From positions 1 through 25,137 of the forward strand of contig JAHHRN010000010.1 of assembly GCA_020025775.1 (NCBI GenBank): a DNA stretch of 25,137 nt. Reading direction: 5' to 3'. Made by a program: the position numbers and the translations under genes. Shown piece after piece: positions 24,076 to 25,137 of the stretch. The notes beneath the pieces were generated by a model. That model had not been told where the DNA came from and ran no database searches. It saw only the letters and a program-made list of their open reading frames with translations. How positions within the stretch are numbered: the stretch's first letter is position 1; the number at the start of each line of letters is the position of its first letter. The DNA is from Acutalibacter sp. (GTDB lineage: Bacteria > Bacillota > Clostridia > Oscillospirales > Acutalibacteraceae).

Positions 24076-25137
24076 TTATTCTGCTATTTCAGCCTCGTTT
24101 TCCGCCTTTTCCGGAGTAGCTTCCTGCGCCGACTCTGCGTGGATTTCCTCTGCCTGCGGCGTTTCTTCGGGTTCCGCGGGAGCGGCAGATGCCTTCTCTG
24201 CGATTTCCTGTACACGGGCATCCAGCCAGCCTAAAACGTCGGCGGTAACTTCATCACGGTTGAGCTCGTTTAATAATTCGTGACGAGCTTCGGGATAGAG
24301 CTTCAAAATCACGTTAGAGTGATTGGTCTTGCGTAAGGTCTTAAATACCTCGGTTACGCCCTTGCCGTATTCACCGACCGGGTCTTTGTCGCCGGAGATT
24401 AAAAGAATCTGCAAATCCTCGGGTACGGCATTGTACCAAGATTTTGCCGAAACCTCTTTTAATACGGAAAACAGCGTTTTAAAACCATTTGTGGTAAAGA
24501 GAAAACCGCAGTATTTATCGTTAATATATTTTTCAACTTCTTTTTCGTCACGGGAAAGCCAATCAAATTTGGTTTTCTTTTGGGTTTTCTTATTATAAGT
24601 GCCAAAGGCGAGAGAATCAATGAAGGAAGAACGGTAATGTTCGCCCTCTGCCTTAATCATGTAATTTGTCAGCGCAATCGCCACACCGACCGCCGGGTTC
24701 GGGCCGCTTGTGCCGCAGTAGATGACGCCGTCGAGCATATGACCGTATTTTGCGGTGTATTTTCTGGAAAGAAAAGAACCCATGGAGTGACCGAACAGGA
24801 AGAACGGCACGTGCGGATACTGCTGTTTGGCAATCTTGGTGAGTGAATACATATCCTCCACTAAGGAATTGCCACCGTCCTCACCGAAGTAACCGAGCTC
24901 CTCGTCGCTGGCTACGGAAGTGCCGTGACCCAAATGGTCGCTGACGAATACGGCATAGCCGCGCTTGCAAAGCTCCATGGCAAAACGGGCATAGCGGTTG
25001 GAGTGCTCCGCCATACCATGTGCAATTTGAACAACGCCCTTCACCGCGCCGAAATCCGCAGGGGCAGCACTTTGTGCGTAAATATCACAAAGCCCCGAAG
25101 CAGATTTAAACGTGATTTCGTTTGTTAAGAATTCCAT
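24076..25137 (-). CDS. alpha/beta hydrolase (monoacylglycerol lipase / lysophospholipase-like) with acidic C-terminal tail
   Basis: HGMAEHSNRY, nucleophile elbow GHSMGS, late D and H (GDKDPV, ARHELLNE). No signal peptide. The ATG is the last codon of the window, so an upstream extension cannot be excluded. Confidence 0.8.
   Translation of the reverse strand: MEFLTNEITFKSASGLCDIYAQSAAPADFGAVKGVVQIAHGMAEHSNRYARFAMELCKRGYAVFVSDHLGHGTSVASDEELGYFGEDGGNSLVEDMYSLTKIAKQQYPHVPFFLFGHSMGSFLSRKYTAKYGHMLDGVIYCGTSGPNPAVGVAIALTNYMIKAEGEHYRSSFIDSLAFGTYNKKTQKKTKFDWLSRDEKEVEKYINDKYCGFLFTTNGFKTLFSVLKEVSAKSWYNAVPEDLQILLISGDKDPVGEYGKGVTEVFKTLRKTNHSNVILKLYPEARHELLNELNRDEVTADVLGWLDARVQEIAEKASAAPAEPEETPQAEEIHAESAQEATPEKAENEAEIAE

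Noticed and set aside
1-25137. Scan for CRISPR arrays, transposases/integrases, toxin-antitoxin pairs and known defence genes
   Set aside because: No regularly spaced direct repeats and no ORFs with recombinase, nuclease-helicase or defence-like motifs were seen. The only tRNA-linked repeats are the short ones reported at 2587-2791.

Overview
The window looks like a chromosomal segment of a spore-forming Firmicute of class Clostridia. SpoVT plus a dockerin-bearing secreted enzyme suggest an Oscillospiraceae/Ruminococcaceae-like organism, but that is inference. About half the window (12150-23521, minus strand) is one tightly packed de novo purine biosynthesis operon: purE-purC-purF-purM-purN-(PurO-type IMP cyclohydrolase)-(AICARFT-only PurH)-purD-purL (large single-chain type). 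The other genes are:
- a PHP (TrpH/RNase AM-like) phosphoesterase with an unknown 187-aa partner
- tRNA-Thr(GGU)
- a DUF3783-like small protein
- a secreted LCAT-like lipase with a dockerin and a long acidic tail
- an S1-domain protein
- spoVT
- a flavodoxin/2x[4Fe-4S] protein
- a DUF2975 / XRE-HTH / membrane-anchored three-gene module
- an M23 (LytM) peptidase with a sigma-F-like promoter
- a DUF1846/UPF0371 protein
- an alpha/beta hydrolase at the right edge

I saw no transposase, integrase, CRISPR array, rRNA or recognisable defence genes. Several ORF-track entries carry spurious N-terminal extensions, and I re-set those starts from RBS spacing.

Three things are not explained by ordinary annotation:
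1. The pur leader has a strongly initiated 107-codon ORF ending 4 nt before an intrinsic terminator that lies 32 nt upstream of purE, and I could not recognise a purine-type riboswitch there.
2. A roughly 135-nt cluster of perfect hairpins just downstream of tRNA-Thr is closed by long-range pairing of two copies of the tRNA T-arm sequence.
3. An ORF-less plus-strand unit at the left end has its own plus-facing terminator.

All calls come from reading the sequence and motifs. No database search was run.
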